Positions 8,550 to 17,570 of a stretch of DNA of 20,000 nt are shown here, piece after piece. The stretch lies in IMG/VR virus record IMGVR_UViG_3300050021_000838. One strand, given 5' to 3'. The position numbers and the translations under genes are program-made. The stretch comes from an uncultured virus (IMG/VR IMGVR_UViG_3300050021_000838) (taxonomy: Duplodnaviria > Heunggongvirae > Uroviricota > Caudoviricetes). Below the pieces are notes generated by a model. The model did no database searches and had not been told where the DNA came from. It saw nothing but the letters and a program-made list of their open reading frames with translations. The stretch's first letter is position 1. Each line of letters begins with the position of its first letter.

Positions 8550-8873
8550 AATTCAGATTCTATTAAAATTTATTTATACCAGGGATCCTTTATTAAGCAC
8601 TCCCGAGGGATTGTCAGAAAACTACAGAGATTATATTTCTTATCAGTAGCCTAAAAATCAATTAAATTTAGATAAATTCTCAAGCCTTAATTGCTTCTTT
8701 TCTGAATGCAAATTAGATAAGTTTTCCGAAAACTACAATCAATATTATTTGATCGAATTGGTTAATTAAGTCTGGGAATTTTAAGAAACAGGAAAGATAC
8801 CCAAAGCTTTTTGTTTGAATAGAAAAGGGTCTCATTTTTAACTGTGTTAAGATTAAATCCAAGGGAAAATTTC

Positions 8874-9236
8874 TTAGTCCGCATTCTCTACTTCAACAAC
8901 CCGACCCATTGCGTCCAAATAAAATACTTGGTTCATTAGTATTTTTTTGTTGAGTCCGTAAGCCGTCCAGTATTCATGCTGAACCTCATAACGCATGTAC
9001 CAATTCGGAATAATTTTAACTTTACTCCATCCTTCGCTCTCATAGCTTTTCCAGTCTCGCAAATTATTTTTCAAATAATCCTGTACCTGGGAAACTGAAC
9101 CGTCCCGGCTATTCTCAACTCTGTCGTTGGATTTTAATAGACCGTTAAAAGAATGATATTTAATGAAGTAACCCGCACCGAGACCAAAGAACAATAAAAA
9201 ATAAACGAATACAATTAGACCCATAACCTTTTTCAT
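8874..9236 (-). CDS. Hypothetical membrane-anchored protein (120 aa)
   Basis: N-terminal hydrophobic helix VMGLIVFVYFLLFFGLGAGYFI, purine-rich SD (AAAGGCGG), soluble C-terminal domain. Confidence 0.75.
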   Translation of the reverse strand: MKKVMGLIVFVYFLLFFGLGAGYFIKYHSFNGLLKSNDRVENSRDGSVSQVQDYLKNNLRDWKSYESEGWSKVKIIPNWYMRYEVQHEYWTAYGLNKKILMNQVFYLDAMGRVVEVENAD

Positions 9237-9645
9237 GCCGCCGCCTTTCGATTATTGTTTTAAAAATAATTGAATTTTCAAATACATTCAAAAAGAAATA
9301 TAAAAAAATTGATGTATTGCAAACAAAACCTTCTAACGTCTAAATACAATCCTCAAAAATTAGGAGAGGATAGATATTCTGAAATTACAAAGATACCTAT
9401 GGCATGGATTAAAAAAAGAAGGATTATTTCTTAGTTTTCTTCCTCTTGCCAATTTTGAGGGTTTCAACTACTTTGGTATTGGGATGCTTTTTGTCATATC
9501 CCTTTTTCTTGAATTGACCAGTAATATAATATTTGTCCACTATACAAACGGGACATTTTCTAAAAACTGATAGACATTCGTATTCTTCTTTAATAAGTTA
9601 TTCTTTAGATTTTAGAAAATAAGAAGATTAAATGGGCGTCAATTT

Positions 9646-10239
9646 ATGAATGAAACCTATCCGTTATCAATTCCTGTCAATGAACTTAAAGCAGCTGTAA
9701 ATAATTTACATAAATTGCTTTCAAAAGTTAAACCTAAGCCAAATTATCCTATCCTGGATGTAATCGTTAGATTAAAAGAGATAGAACTCCGTCTCATTGG
9801 TATGTCTCGTATTATAACAACTGACCATAAGAACACCTATTCATTCACAATTCCTTTCCATGATTTATATGCCGCAGCTTTGGGTACAGATAAGGATGAC
9901 TTTTTAGCAGAAGTTTCATCCGGTAAAATTATAATTGATAATCGTAAAATATCTTCTGATTTTATAAAACTATTCCATCCGGAAAATCTTCATAAATTCG
10001 ACCTTCAAATGAATTCAAATGTACTTGATATTTTGTCTTTACGATATAAGTTCACTGAAACAGAATTGGAAGAAAAAAACTACATGCGTCTTATTGAAAA
10101 AGAAGAGGAGAATCTTGATCTTGAAATTTATAAGGGGTTAAAATACTTGTCAAAATATGGCATTACATATTCCTTTATAAAAAAAATAATAGACCAAAAA
10201 ATAAAGGGCCATGCTCTAAATAATACGAATAATAATTAA
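9646..10239 (+). CDS. Hypothetical protein (197 aa); N-terminal ~105 aa resemble one DNA polymerase III beta-clamp domain
   Basis: Long ORF. The pattern LSIPVNELKAAV...KPNYPIL...SFTIP..L...EVSSGKIII recalls DnaN domain I (by eye only). Confidence 0.7.
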   Translation: MNETYPLSIPVNELKAAVNNLHKLLSKVKPKPNYPILDVIVRLKEIELRLIGMSRIITTDHKNTYSFTIPFHDLYAAALGTDKDDFLAEVSSGKIIIDNRKISSDFIKLFHPENLHKFDLQMNSNVLDILSLRYKFTETELEEKNYMRLIEKEEENLDLEIYKGLKYLSKYGITYSFIKKIIDQKIKGHALNNTNNN

Positions 10240-10268
10240 ACTGAGCTGGTCAATTACCGGATATTATT

Positions 10269-11615
10269 ATGCCTGAAGAGAAATTCAAACATACAACCTA
10301 TTTTAAGAGAGCTGACCTTAATAATAAAGCATTTGTTTATTGGTCTCCATCCATAAGTGATTGGCGAGATATTATTGAAGACTACATTCAGATTTCAAAG
10401 AAAAGAAAAAATAATAAGCTAGCAATGTTCAAGCTTCAGATGGAATTGATTTCTGATTTATTGCAGCTTAATGATGCCCTCAAAGGGTATATGAAACTTT
10501 ATGAAGATCCTGAAGAACGTAAGCTTAAATTCCCGGAGAAGGAAATAAGCAAAGAGACCCTTGATTTCTGGGGAAGAGAGATTGTAGACCATAAAATAAT
10601 AATAAATGCACTTAAAGATGTTGGAGATGGAATAGCCTGGCGAATTTTTAATTACAATAGAGCTTTAATATATAATATTTGCATCAACAATGAAGATCCA
10701 GGTCCATTAACCTTAACACAAGGATTTATTACGGAATTATTTTCTCTGGGAGATTTTATGAATGAATCAGAGGTATTGAATTGTGTTTATCATGGGATTA
10801 CCAATTTTCTTCTGATATCTGATTTGACCATATTATATGAAAATGGTGAACTAAATTTTGTCGAGGTAAAAGGGAAGAAAACCGGGAGAGGGCAGTCTTG
10901 GAGGGAAAGAATAATCAGGCAAAAGCAACGGGTAGAAAATATCGCACAGATCGCCAATTCAAATGAAGGGATATCGTCAGATATAAAAGTGAAATTTAGT
11001 TACTTGGATAAAAAACCTGAGACGATACTAAATAAACTTGAAACTTTAATGAAACGATGTAACGAAAAGGTATTTGTTTCTCAGATCTATAATTCTTACT
11101 TGGGAGTTGGTATTATAAATTTTGCTCTCGCAATTGATGATAGTTCCTGGCAAGACAAAGTTGAAAGGATAAAGAAACAAATAAAAAAAAGTAAAGAAGA
11201 TTTTGTAATGGTACATACTTCAATAGACTGGTTAATATTTTCTCCTAATTTGGCTCCCCTATCAATTCATCCGTTTCCCTCAGAAATTATTGCAAATATA
11301 TTAATGGGTAAATACCTTATTTACTATTTTTTTAATGTAACACAGTTTTATATGGAATTTGAAAAGAAAGGATGGAAAGTTTCTGACAAGTTATCTGACC
11401 GCAAAGATAAAGAGAATTTTGAATCTATGTTTACTCTAACACAAGGCCCACTGCATATAACAATACCTCCCTTGTTATATAGTCGAGCAGTGTTTGAAGG
11501 TTTATCAGTAGACTCGATATTATGGATGTGTGAGGACATTCTGAATAGGGGCCCGGATGAAAACAATTTTGCCCAATTTTATGGATATAGTAAAGAAAAA
11601 TATTTGTGGGAATAA
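10269..11615 (+). CDS. Hypothetical protein (448 aa) with putative PD-(D/E)xK nuclease motif
   Basis: ISDLTILYENGELNFVEVKG fits D-x(n)-E-x-K. N-terminal helical/coiled region. Lies 29 bp after the upstream ORF. Confidence 0.75.
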   Translation: MPEEKFKHTTYFKRADLNNKAFVYWSPSISDWRDIIEDYIQISKKRKNNKLAMFKLQMELISDLLQLNDALKGYMKLYEDPEERKLKFPEKEISKETLDFWGREIVDHKIIINALKDVGDGIAWRIFNYNRALIYNICINNEDPGPLTLTQGFITELFSLGDFMNESEVLNCVYHGITNFLLISDLTILYENGELNFVEVKGKKTGRGQSWRERIIRQKQRVENIAQIANSNEGISSDIKVKFSYLDKKPETILNKLETLMKRCNEKVFVSQIYNSYLGVGIINFALAIDDSSWQDKVERIKKQIKKSKEDFVMVHTSIDWLIFSPNLAPLSIHPFPSEIIANILMGKYLIYYFFNVTQFYMEFEKKGWKVSDKLSDRKDKENFESMFTLTQGPLHITIPPLLYSRAVFEGLSVDSILWMCEDILNRGPDENNFAQFYGYSKEKYLWE

Positions 11616-11745
11616 TTGAATATCATTGCTGATTTATGAATTCTCTATAAAAAAATATAAATTAATAATAGGTAAATGGGGAGGAAACCATCTCCGGAAC
11701 TAGTTATCAGCTAGGTCAGGAATCCTTCAAATAGGGCTAGGTTGG

Positions 11746-11958
11746 TTATGTGGGTTCCCGGCACAGCAGTAAAACAACAAAACACCAGTGTACATCTTTC
11801 CATATGTCATTTCCTTTCATTTTTTCTCTTAGGTAATAAACAATATTATCCTGCCTGACAAATACCTTATTTACTGCTAATATAATTACCGCAACAATAC
11901 CATGAAGTATGATTGCAGATGAAATAATAATAATTATCCAGGCCTTGCTCCTGTCCAT
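11746..11958 (-). CDS. Possible small membrane protein or gene fragment
   Basis: Hydrophobic stretch WIIIIISSAIILHGIVAVIILAV. Begins exactly at the junction with the truncated IS. No clear SD. Confidence 0.25.
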   Translation of the reverse strand: MDRSKAWIIIIISSAIILHGIVAVIILAVNKVFVRQDNIVYYLREKMKGNDIWKDVHWCFVVLLLCREPT

Positions 11959-12160
11959 GAGCATGAGAAGATTTACCAGACTTACAAATGGTTTTTCTAA
12001 GAAAGTAGAAAATCACGCTCACGCAATAGCGTTACATTTTATGTATTATAACTTTGTAAGGATTCATAAAACATTGAAAGTAACTCCGGCAATGCAAGCA
12101 GGATTAACTAAAAGGTTGTGGAATATTGAGGATTTAGCTGGATTGTTAGATAACGAATAA
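11957..12160 (+). pseudogene. C-terminal fragment of an IS1-family (ISMhu11-like) transposase
   Basis: MSMRRFTRLTNGFSKKVENHAHAIALHFMYYNFVRIHKTLKVTPAMQAGL...W is the characteristic C-terminus. The upstream catalytic region (ERxN and earlier) is missing. Confidence 0.9.
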
Positions 12161-12177
12161 TGGAAGCGGGGTTTAGT

Positions 12178-12513
12178 TTAAGTTTTTATAATTTCGATTA
12201 ATTTATCAATAACTTCATTTAATTTTCCTTTTGAAATGTTCCCCTTTTTGCTTTGAATAATTTTAGAATGCGCCGTAAAAATTCTATTCGGGCGAATAAA
12301 GGAGTCTACCTTTAGTTTGCCTGCGATAAAATCAGTGTCTGTTAGGGAAATCTTATAAATGTCTTTATTATAATACTGATGGGTTATTTGACATAGTATT
12401 AAATCATCTCCCTTCAAATTAGTAATGACGAGGGCAGGTCTTAACTTAGTATCGCTTAAATCAGAAAACGGAAATGGTACAGTTACTACGTCTCCCTTTA
12501 TAAATCCGCCCAT
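12178..12513 (-). CDS. mazF: Type II toxin, PemK/MazF family endoribonuclease
   Basis: KGDVVTVPFPFSDLSDTKLRPALVI...LILCQIT...SFIRPNRIFT signature; 111 aa. Confidence 0.93.
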   Translation of the reverse strand: MGGFIKGDVVTVPFPFSDLSDTKLRPALVITNLKGDDLILCQITHQYYNKDIYKISLTDTDFIAGKLKVDSFIRPNRIFTAHSKIIQSKKGNISKGKLNEVIDKLIEIIKT

Positions 12514-12749
12514 ACTTCGTCCTCAATGGGGTTGTCCCAATCCCTTTTTAATACATCTTCAGATGCTAACATATTTAAATATGATTCTGAATAAATTATA
12601 TCTGGAGCAACGGGGACAATAACATCCCACAAGGAATTAAATCCTAAATAACAAAACGATGCCTTGGCTTTTATTTCGGGATAATCGAATGGAAATCCTG
12701 AAATAATAGAATTCGTCATTTTATTCGATATTACTATCGTGTCACCCAT
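12498..12749 (-). CDS. Putative antitoxin (DUF2281-like C-terminus)
   Basis: C-terminal LASEDVLKRDWDNPIEDEVWADL motif typical of genes preceding PemK/MazF toxins. Overlaps the toxin start by 16 bp. Confidence 0.8.
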   Translation of the reverse strand: MGDTIVISNKMTNSIISGFPFDYPEIKAKASFCYLGFNSLWDVIVPVAPDIIYSESYLNMLASEDVLKRDWDNPIEDEVWADL

Positions 12750-12750
12750 A

Positions 12751-13095
12751 TTAGGTTTTCTCCTTGTCTTGTTTTTTCTCAGACTCTACCATCTTTAAAC
12801 GATTATCTTTGTTTTCCTGTAAAGCCGTAACGAGTTCGTTCATTTTTTCTGGAGTAATAATGAGTCTCGCTAAACATTTTGCATCAATTGAATCTATTTT
12901 GTCAAATTCCGCTTTTCTTTCTTCTTCTGATGCACCTATTACTAACGGAAGAACAGTTTCAAAAAAAGCTAAAGTAAAAAAATCCTTCTGATGTTGCACA
13001 ACTACGTGATTGACAAATTTAGTTTCTAAATTTTCTGGAAAAATAAAATTTAACTTTATTTTCTTAGTAGTTAATTCCGACGTTTTTACTGGCAT
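12751..13095 (-). CDS. DUF3467-like protein (114 aa)
   Basis: FVNHVVVQHQKDFFTLAFFE...ARLIITPEKMNELVTALQEN matches the recalled DUF3467 pattern. Stop is 1 bp from the antitoxin ATG. Confidence 0.7.
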   Translation of the reverse strand: MPVKTSELTTKKIKLNFIFPENLETKFVNHVVVQHQKDFFTLAFFETVLPLVIGASEEERKAEFDKIDSIDAKCLARLIITPEKMNELVTALQENKDNRLKMVESEKKQDKEKT

Positions 13096-13622
13096 TTTGA
13101 TTTTATTTAAAAATGGAAATTGTTCTATTTATTTATTAGACAACCTTATAATCGAAAAGTTTCAAAAAATATATCTTGTGGCGCATATATTCTAATAAAT
13201 TATCTTATTAGTTCCTAACAAAATATGATTTATGTCAACACTAAAAATAGCTTTGCGTCTTATAACCCAAGACAGGAAGCTTACCACAACTAAAATGATA
13301 TGAAATAAGTATGCCACAATAAATAGTCTGAATATAGAACAAAATCCAACTATTTCGAGAAACGATAATGTAAAATGTACAGACAATTCTTAATTAATTA
13401 CAAATATAGGTATATACTTCTATAAAAAAAAGCAATTCGGTGTCCACATGATGCAAGTAATCTCTTCTAATATGGGAATATTATGGAAGATAATAAAAAT
13501 CAATATTATTAAATCGAAACTGAGACACTACCGGAATTTAAGAGTAAAAAAATAGGCAGAAACTGATGAATAATTTGACAAGATACAAATATTGACGGTT
13601 GAAGCTCTTTTGGAAAGAGTAA

Positions 13623-13925
13623 TTATAACCGATGAGTTAGAACCTTATCGCTTCCTGATAATATCAAATAAGAATCATAATTTGGTATTCGGATAAGTTT
13701 TTGTGCTTTATTTTTTATTAACAGTTCAGAAAAATTATTAAAATATTCGTCATGCATAATTAAATAATAGAATGGATGCATTGCGTTACCTTCTTTTTTT
13801 GAATGTAGTAGATTACAAAAACATACTCCTGGTTCAGAATTCGATAATGAATTTATTATTGCAGAAAAGTCATTTATAGCATTAGTTTTTAAGATTCTTT
13901 TATGTTGAATTTTAAATATTAACAT
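13623..13925 (-). CDS. Hypothetical protein (~100 aa)
   Basis: ATG at 13925 preceded by GAAAGGA SD (the track uses upstream GTG 13943). Directly downstream of the PIN-like gene. Confidence 0.6.
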   Translation of the reverse strand: MLIFKIQHKRILKTNAINDFSAIINSLSNSEPGVCFCNLLHSKKEGNAMHPFYYLIMHDEYFNNFSELLIKNKAQKLIRIPNYDSYLILSGSDKVLTHRL

Positions 13926-13969
13926 TATCCTTTCACCTTCCACTCATGTATCTCGGATAGTCAATAGTT

Positions 13970-14839
13970 TCATATTTCAGTTGCAATTAATTGACTATTA
14001 ATACTCTGACCATCTATTTTAAATAAAACTCCATCTTTACAACACCTATGGAATATTTTTATCATTTTAGTATCATTGGAAGCTAAACACTTGTTAAAAA
14101 CTCCCAACGTAAGATATTCAACGTCTATGTGATCATGAATTAATTTAGTAGGACTAATAATTCTATTAAAAGAATCATTATCCCTTTTATATTCTACAGC
14201 ATAAATTAAGAATACTTGAAACCAACACAATATAGCCCAATTAAAATCTATAATTTTTGACTTAGGCATATATTTAAAGCGAAAAATATCATAAATTTTA
14301 ATTAGATAATCTCTATCATTATAGATCTTATTTAATGTTTCATCAAATATTGTAGAATTCGGGTCCTCTATATTCTTAATTTCAGGTATGAGATTATAAA
14401 CTCCATCCATGAGTTTTTTAAATTTTTCTGCTCCTTCACCTTCCAATTCCTTATGGTAAAAGTTTAACATATTTATTATGTTTTCATCGAATTTGCTTTC
14501 TCTTAAACTATTAATATCTGCATCAAAAGAAGTATCATATAAAAAATCACTTACTGACTCAATAGGTTTTTTATATTTTATTTCATATTCAATTAGGGTG
14601 TGAATAGACTCCATTAAATGCACCTTATTCTTTACTAAATTTAATCTATTCAAAATAATAATTGCCTGTTCTTTTTTATTCTTATCGTAATCATCAATCA
14701 AATCCTTTTCCTGTTTACAATACTTAAAAATCTCATAACCCAATACCCCTGGGAGAACTAAGTTGTTATTATCACATATCTTTATCAAAGCATCTCGATT
14801 TACGCCAAGAATCCAACATTTGTCCACGATGATATTCAT
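13970..14839 (-). CDS. Hypothetical protein (289 aa), possible divergent PIN-domain ribonuclease
   Basis: N-terminal IIVDKC strand-Asp, Glu in LGYEI, C-terminal HDHIDVEY and LASND acidic motifs in PIN-like order. AGGAG SD. Confidence 0.65.
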   Translation of the reverse strand: MNIIVDKCWILGVNRDALIKICDNNNLVLPGVLGYEIFKYCKQEKDLIDDYDKNKKEQAIIILNRLNLVKNKVHLMESIHTLIEYEIKYKKPIESVSDFLYDTSFDADINSLRESKFDENIINMLNFYHKELEGEGAEKFKKLMDGVYNLIPEIKNIEDPNSTIFDETLNKIYNDRDYLIKIYDIFRFKYMPKSKIIDFNWAILCWFQVFLIYAVEYKRDNDSFNRIISPTKLIHDHIDVEYLTLGVFNKCLASNDTKMIKIFHRCCKDGVLFKIDGQSINSQLIATEI

Positions 14840-14924
14840 TTTTATTACTCCTATAATTATAAAATAATTTTATTCGAACTGCTTCACACGAGGACAAAAA
14901 CAGGACTACACGTTGAATATAGAC

Positions 14925-14959
14925 AAAAAGAGACAGAAGCATTCAAGCCTCTGTCTCTT
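14925..14959 (-). terminator. Intrinsic terminator after the PEGA lipoprotein gene
   Basis: Minus strand AGAGACAGAGGC-TTGAAT-GCTTCTGTCTCT followed by TTTT. Confidence 0.8.
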
Positions 14960-14983
14960 AATTCCTCTTAATTCCTTGATGGA

Positions 14984-15418
14984 TTATTTAGTCGGTTGAT
15001 CAGCCCCTTTTTCTTTCTCTATATGTTGTTGCTGTTGTTGCTCAAGAACTGCGTTAACGTGGTCTTGGTCTAAGCCATACCAATTTCCAGTAGCTGCATC
15101 AACTATAATAGGCACTAAACCAAAGACTACATCAAGAACAATCCACCCTGCGCCAACTGAATTATTTAATACAATGGTCTTAGTTTCAAAACCCTCTTTC
15201 TTAAACTCAAGCGTGTAAGAGTTTTTTGATTTTAGTTGCAGTTGAACAGGTGTTGTGCCTAATAGGTTTCCGTTAACATAAACTTTTGAAGCACTTGGGT
15301 CAGACGAGAAAGAAACGGTATCCGTTGAACCGTGAAATATGGTCGCACAACTTGCTAATAAAATGGCGGTTATAATGCCAAAAATAAAAACGGAACTGAG
15401 ACTGAATATTTTTTTCAA
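14984..15418 (-). CDS. PEGA-domain lipoprotein
   Basis: Likely start TTG 15418 after AAGGAG SD. Lipobox LASC. SSDPSASKVYVNGNLLGTTP...KKEGF PEGA signature. C-terminal hydrophobic segment. Confidence 0.88.
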   Translation of the reverse strand: MKKIFSLSSVFIFGIITAILLASCATIFHGSTDTVSFSSDPSASKVYVNGNLLGTTPVQLQLKSKNSYTLEFKKEGFETKTIVLNNSVGAGWIVLDVVFGLVPIIVDAATGNWYGLDQDHVNAVLEQQQQQHIEKEKGADQPTK

Positions 15419-15439
15419 AACTGACTCCTTTTTAATTCG

Positions 15440-15571
15440 GCAATCCTTATTAAGATTATGATTCGGCACTCGCTGAATTGCCTTTAAACGAAATGCTTTA
15501 CTATTTACTTATAATACTCTTTTTACATTATCAATTAAACTGCCACCCAAAAACCACTGTCCGTATTGAGT
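15440..15571. repeat. Intergenic direct repeat, copy A
   Basis: Core 15474-15571 matches 16713-16810 with 4 mismatches in 98 nt. Weaker similarity extends ~30 nt toward the downstream gene start. Confidence 0.95.
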
Positions 15572-15576
15572 AGCAG
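15540..15576 (-). terminator. Putative terminator hairpin at the edge of repeat copy A
   Basis: Minus strand CTGCTACTCAA-15nt-TTGGGTGGCAG (11 bp, two G-U) followed by TTTAATT. Confidence 0.5.
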
Positions 15577-15593
15577 GTACGAAGTTGTCTAAA

Positions 15594-16256
15594 CTAATCT
15601 GGAAGTTCATTAAGATTTATTAGATTTTCTTTACCATTGACTTCAAAAAGATTATCGTTGCTTAGTGTTATTTTAGTTTGCTGATTCGGTTTTACTGTAA
15701 TCCGAATTAGCCAATGATATTCTTCCGTTTCGCCCCCAGCCATACGTGAAGAGGAAGCCACAAGAGCATATTTCCCAGGTTTAAGTGAAAGCGTGAATTT
15801 CCCATCTGCGTCGGTTTTTGTTGTCAACATAGTTGTTGATAATCCCTTTCTACTAAACACATCTCGAAAATACTGAAACATATTATCTAAAAGAGAATCG
15901 TATTCAATTCTGCAATTAAGAAGTTTTAGTTTACTTTCAAGATAAGTTATTTTGTCACTTTGATATTTCTGTTTCTCTGTTTCAAACTCTAATTCATCTA
16001 ACTTCTTTTTCATTAAACCTAAACTCGGTTTACCTGGCATAATTTCTTTTCTTGCCGATTGGTATTTTGATTGTATGTATGGCTTGATAGCACTTTCGGA
16101 GATAACACATATCTCCACCAAACCAAGTTTTATACTCTCGCCTCCTCTCGTTACTATAAAAACTTCACCTGAAGCACCCGATACTAATGGAGAACAATTT
16201 GCAATAAAAGAAAAAGCATAAATTACTAAGCAAAGGAAAAGAATATTTATTTTCAT
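15594..16256 (-). CDS. Exported protein/lipoprotein with carboxypeptidase-regulatory-like beta-sandwich interrupted by a helical insert
   Basis: Likely start ATG 16256 (AAAGGA SD; signal peptide MKINILFLCLVIYAFSFIANC). Motif TKTDADGKFTLSLKPGKYALVA. Confidence 0.75.
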   Translation of the reverse strand: MKINILFLCLVIYAFSFIANCSPLVSGASGEVFIVTRGGESIKLGLVEICVISESAIKPYIQSKYQSARKEIMPGKPSLGLMKKKLDELEFETEKQKYQSDKITYLESKLKLLNCRIEYDSLLDNMFQYFRDVFSRKGLSTTMLTTKTDADGKFTLSLKPGKYALVASSSRMAGGETEEYHWLIRITVKPNQQTKITLSNDNLFEVNGKENLINLNELPD

Positions 16257-16311
16257 AATTAATCCTTTATGATAAAAAACTAAGTTTTCAAATGAGCAGT
16301 TCAGCGTTAGG

Positions 16312-16659
16312 TTAGAATTTGAATTTTCCAGCAAGTTCATTGTTGATGAAAACCATAGCTGTATATCCAGCGCCAATACCAAGAAAACCAGCAGAATAGG
16401 ATACCATTAGTTTTACTTCTTTCCCCTGATAACTTCCTTTCTCTTCCATGTTTCCTGTGAAGAAGTTAGCACCTTGATCTATTACCGTGCTATCGTTAAT
16501 GACAACCTTAAAATTCTGTGTCACTCCACCTGTATGATAGACGTTGATTTGCCAGTTAGCATCTGTAGAACCAGATGGACGATAAGTTGCGAATTGAGAA
16601 GATGTACAACCAATAACTACAAAAACCAAGACGATAAGAACAGAATAAATTATTTTCAA
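16312..16659 (-). CDS. Hypothetical lipoprotein (115 aa)
   Basis: TTG start with AGGAGA SD; lipobox VIGC. Confidence 0.8.
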   Translation of the reverse strand: MKIIYSVLIVLVFVVIGCTSSQFATYRPSGSTDANWQINVYHTGGVTQNFKVVINDSTVIDQGANFFTGNMEEKGSYQGKEVKLMVSYSAGFLGIGAGYTAMVFINNELAGKFKF

Positions 16660-16680
16660 AATGTTTCTCCTTATTATTTA

Positions 16681-16810
16681 GCAATTCTATTAAATTAAAG
16701 TTTGGCAGACGTTGAATTGCATTTAAACGAAATGCCTTACTATTTACTTATAATACTCTTTTTACACTATCAATTAAACTGCCACCCAAAAACCACTTTC
16801 CGTATTGAGT
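16681..16810. repeat. Intergenic direct repeat, copy B
   Basis: See copy A. Contains perfect hairpin GCATTT-AAACG-AAATGC. Confidence 0.95.
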
Positions 16811-16836
16811 GGTTGGTTATCTTGAATACCGAAACA

Positions 16837-17511
16837 TTATTTTAATAATTTACGAGTTATGTTAAAAGTAATATTTTCACTATTTCTTAACACTATAATT
16901 TGAACCGATGTTTCAGGTTCACCTCTAATTTGCGAATCAGAGATATAAGGCTCTCCATTTACTGAAACAATTTTGTCACCGACTTCCAACTTGCTTTGCA
17001 TTGCAGGAGATCCATCTGCAATTTTAGTAATAATTCCACTTTTATCGACATTAATACCAATTCTTCCGACAAAAATTCCTTTAAAGGATACAAGAAAATC
17101 TTGCCAGGATTGTCCAGATTTTCCAGTACTTAAATCTGTAACCTTCTCGAATGCACTCCCAGGATTTGTTATTGCTTGATTAGTTAAAACAATTCTGATA
17201 CCATCGCCTGATTCGACTAACATAAAAGATGCTCTATGTTCAGGTGTTCTATCATAATTTGAGCCAAGTAATAATTCTGCCCCAAAATTATCTAACGGCT
17301 TAATAAAAACAATGTTGTAATCTGAGGAGCTCTTAATACTAAACCCTTGGTTAATCATCTGACTAACTAAAGCGTCAGTAACCTGTTTTTTATTAACATT
17401 AGGAATTGTAATATCGGGTTTGCCAGAGGGGGTGTTAAGTGGTTTTGTAGTGGCGCATCCGTAAAAAATAAATAAGATAAGTATGGCAAAACTATAAATA
17501 TTTTTTTTCAT
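16837..17511 (-). CDS. PDZ-domain lipoprotein
   Basis: Lipobox FYGC. C-terminal GRIGI...ITKIADGSPA..SKLEVGDKIVSVNG PDZ signature. Confidence 0.88.
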   Translation of the reverse strand: MKKNIYSFAILILFIFYGCATTKPLNTPSGKPDITIPNVNKKQVTDALVSQMINQGFSIKSSSDYNIVFIKPLDNFGAELLLGSNYDRTPEHRASFMLVESGDGIRIVLTNQAITNPGSAFEKVTDLSTGKSGQSWQDFLVSFKGIFVGRIGINVDKSGIITKIADGSPAMQSKLEVGDKIVSVNGEPYISDSQIRGEPETSVQIIVLRNSENITFNITRKLLK

Positions 17512-17570
17512 TATTCATGTTCCTTTTCTTTTATTGTCGACTAATAATATAAGTGACAGATTATAAATAA

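Larger units (their letters stand above)
11957..13532 (+). mobile_element. 5'-truncated IS1-family element carrying passenger genes
   Basis: Transposase fragment at left. AAACTGAGACACTACC at 13517-13532 (reverse complement GGTAGTGTCTCAGTTT) resembles IS1-family termini. Left end and target duplication not found. Confidence 0.65.

Noticed and set aside
8597..8612. GCACTCCCGAGGGATT resembling a reversed tRNA 3' end (possible att remnant)
   Set aside because: The T stem is one base short, TTCG is missing, and there is no matching tRNA in the window.
11909..11956. N-terminal 16 codons of track ORF 11909..12160 as part of the transposase
   Set aside because: Unrelated to IS1 transposase sequence; a chance in-frame fusion at the truncation point.
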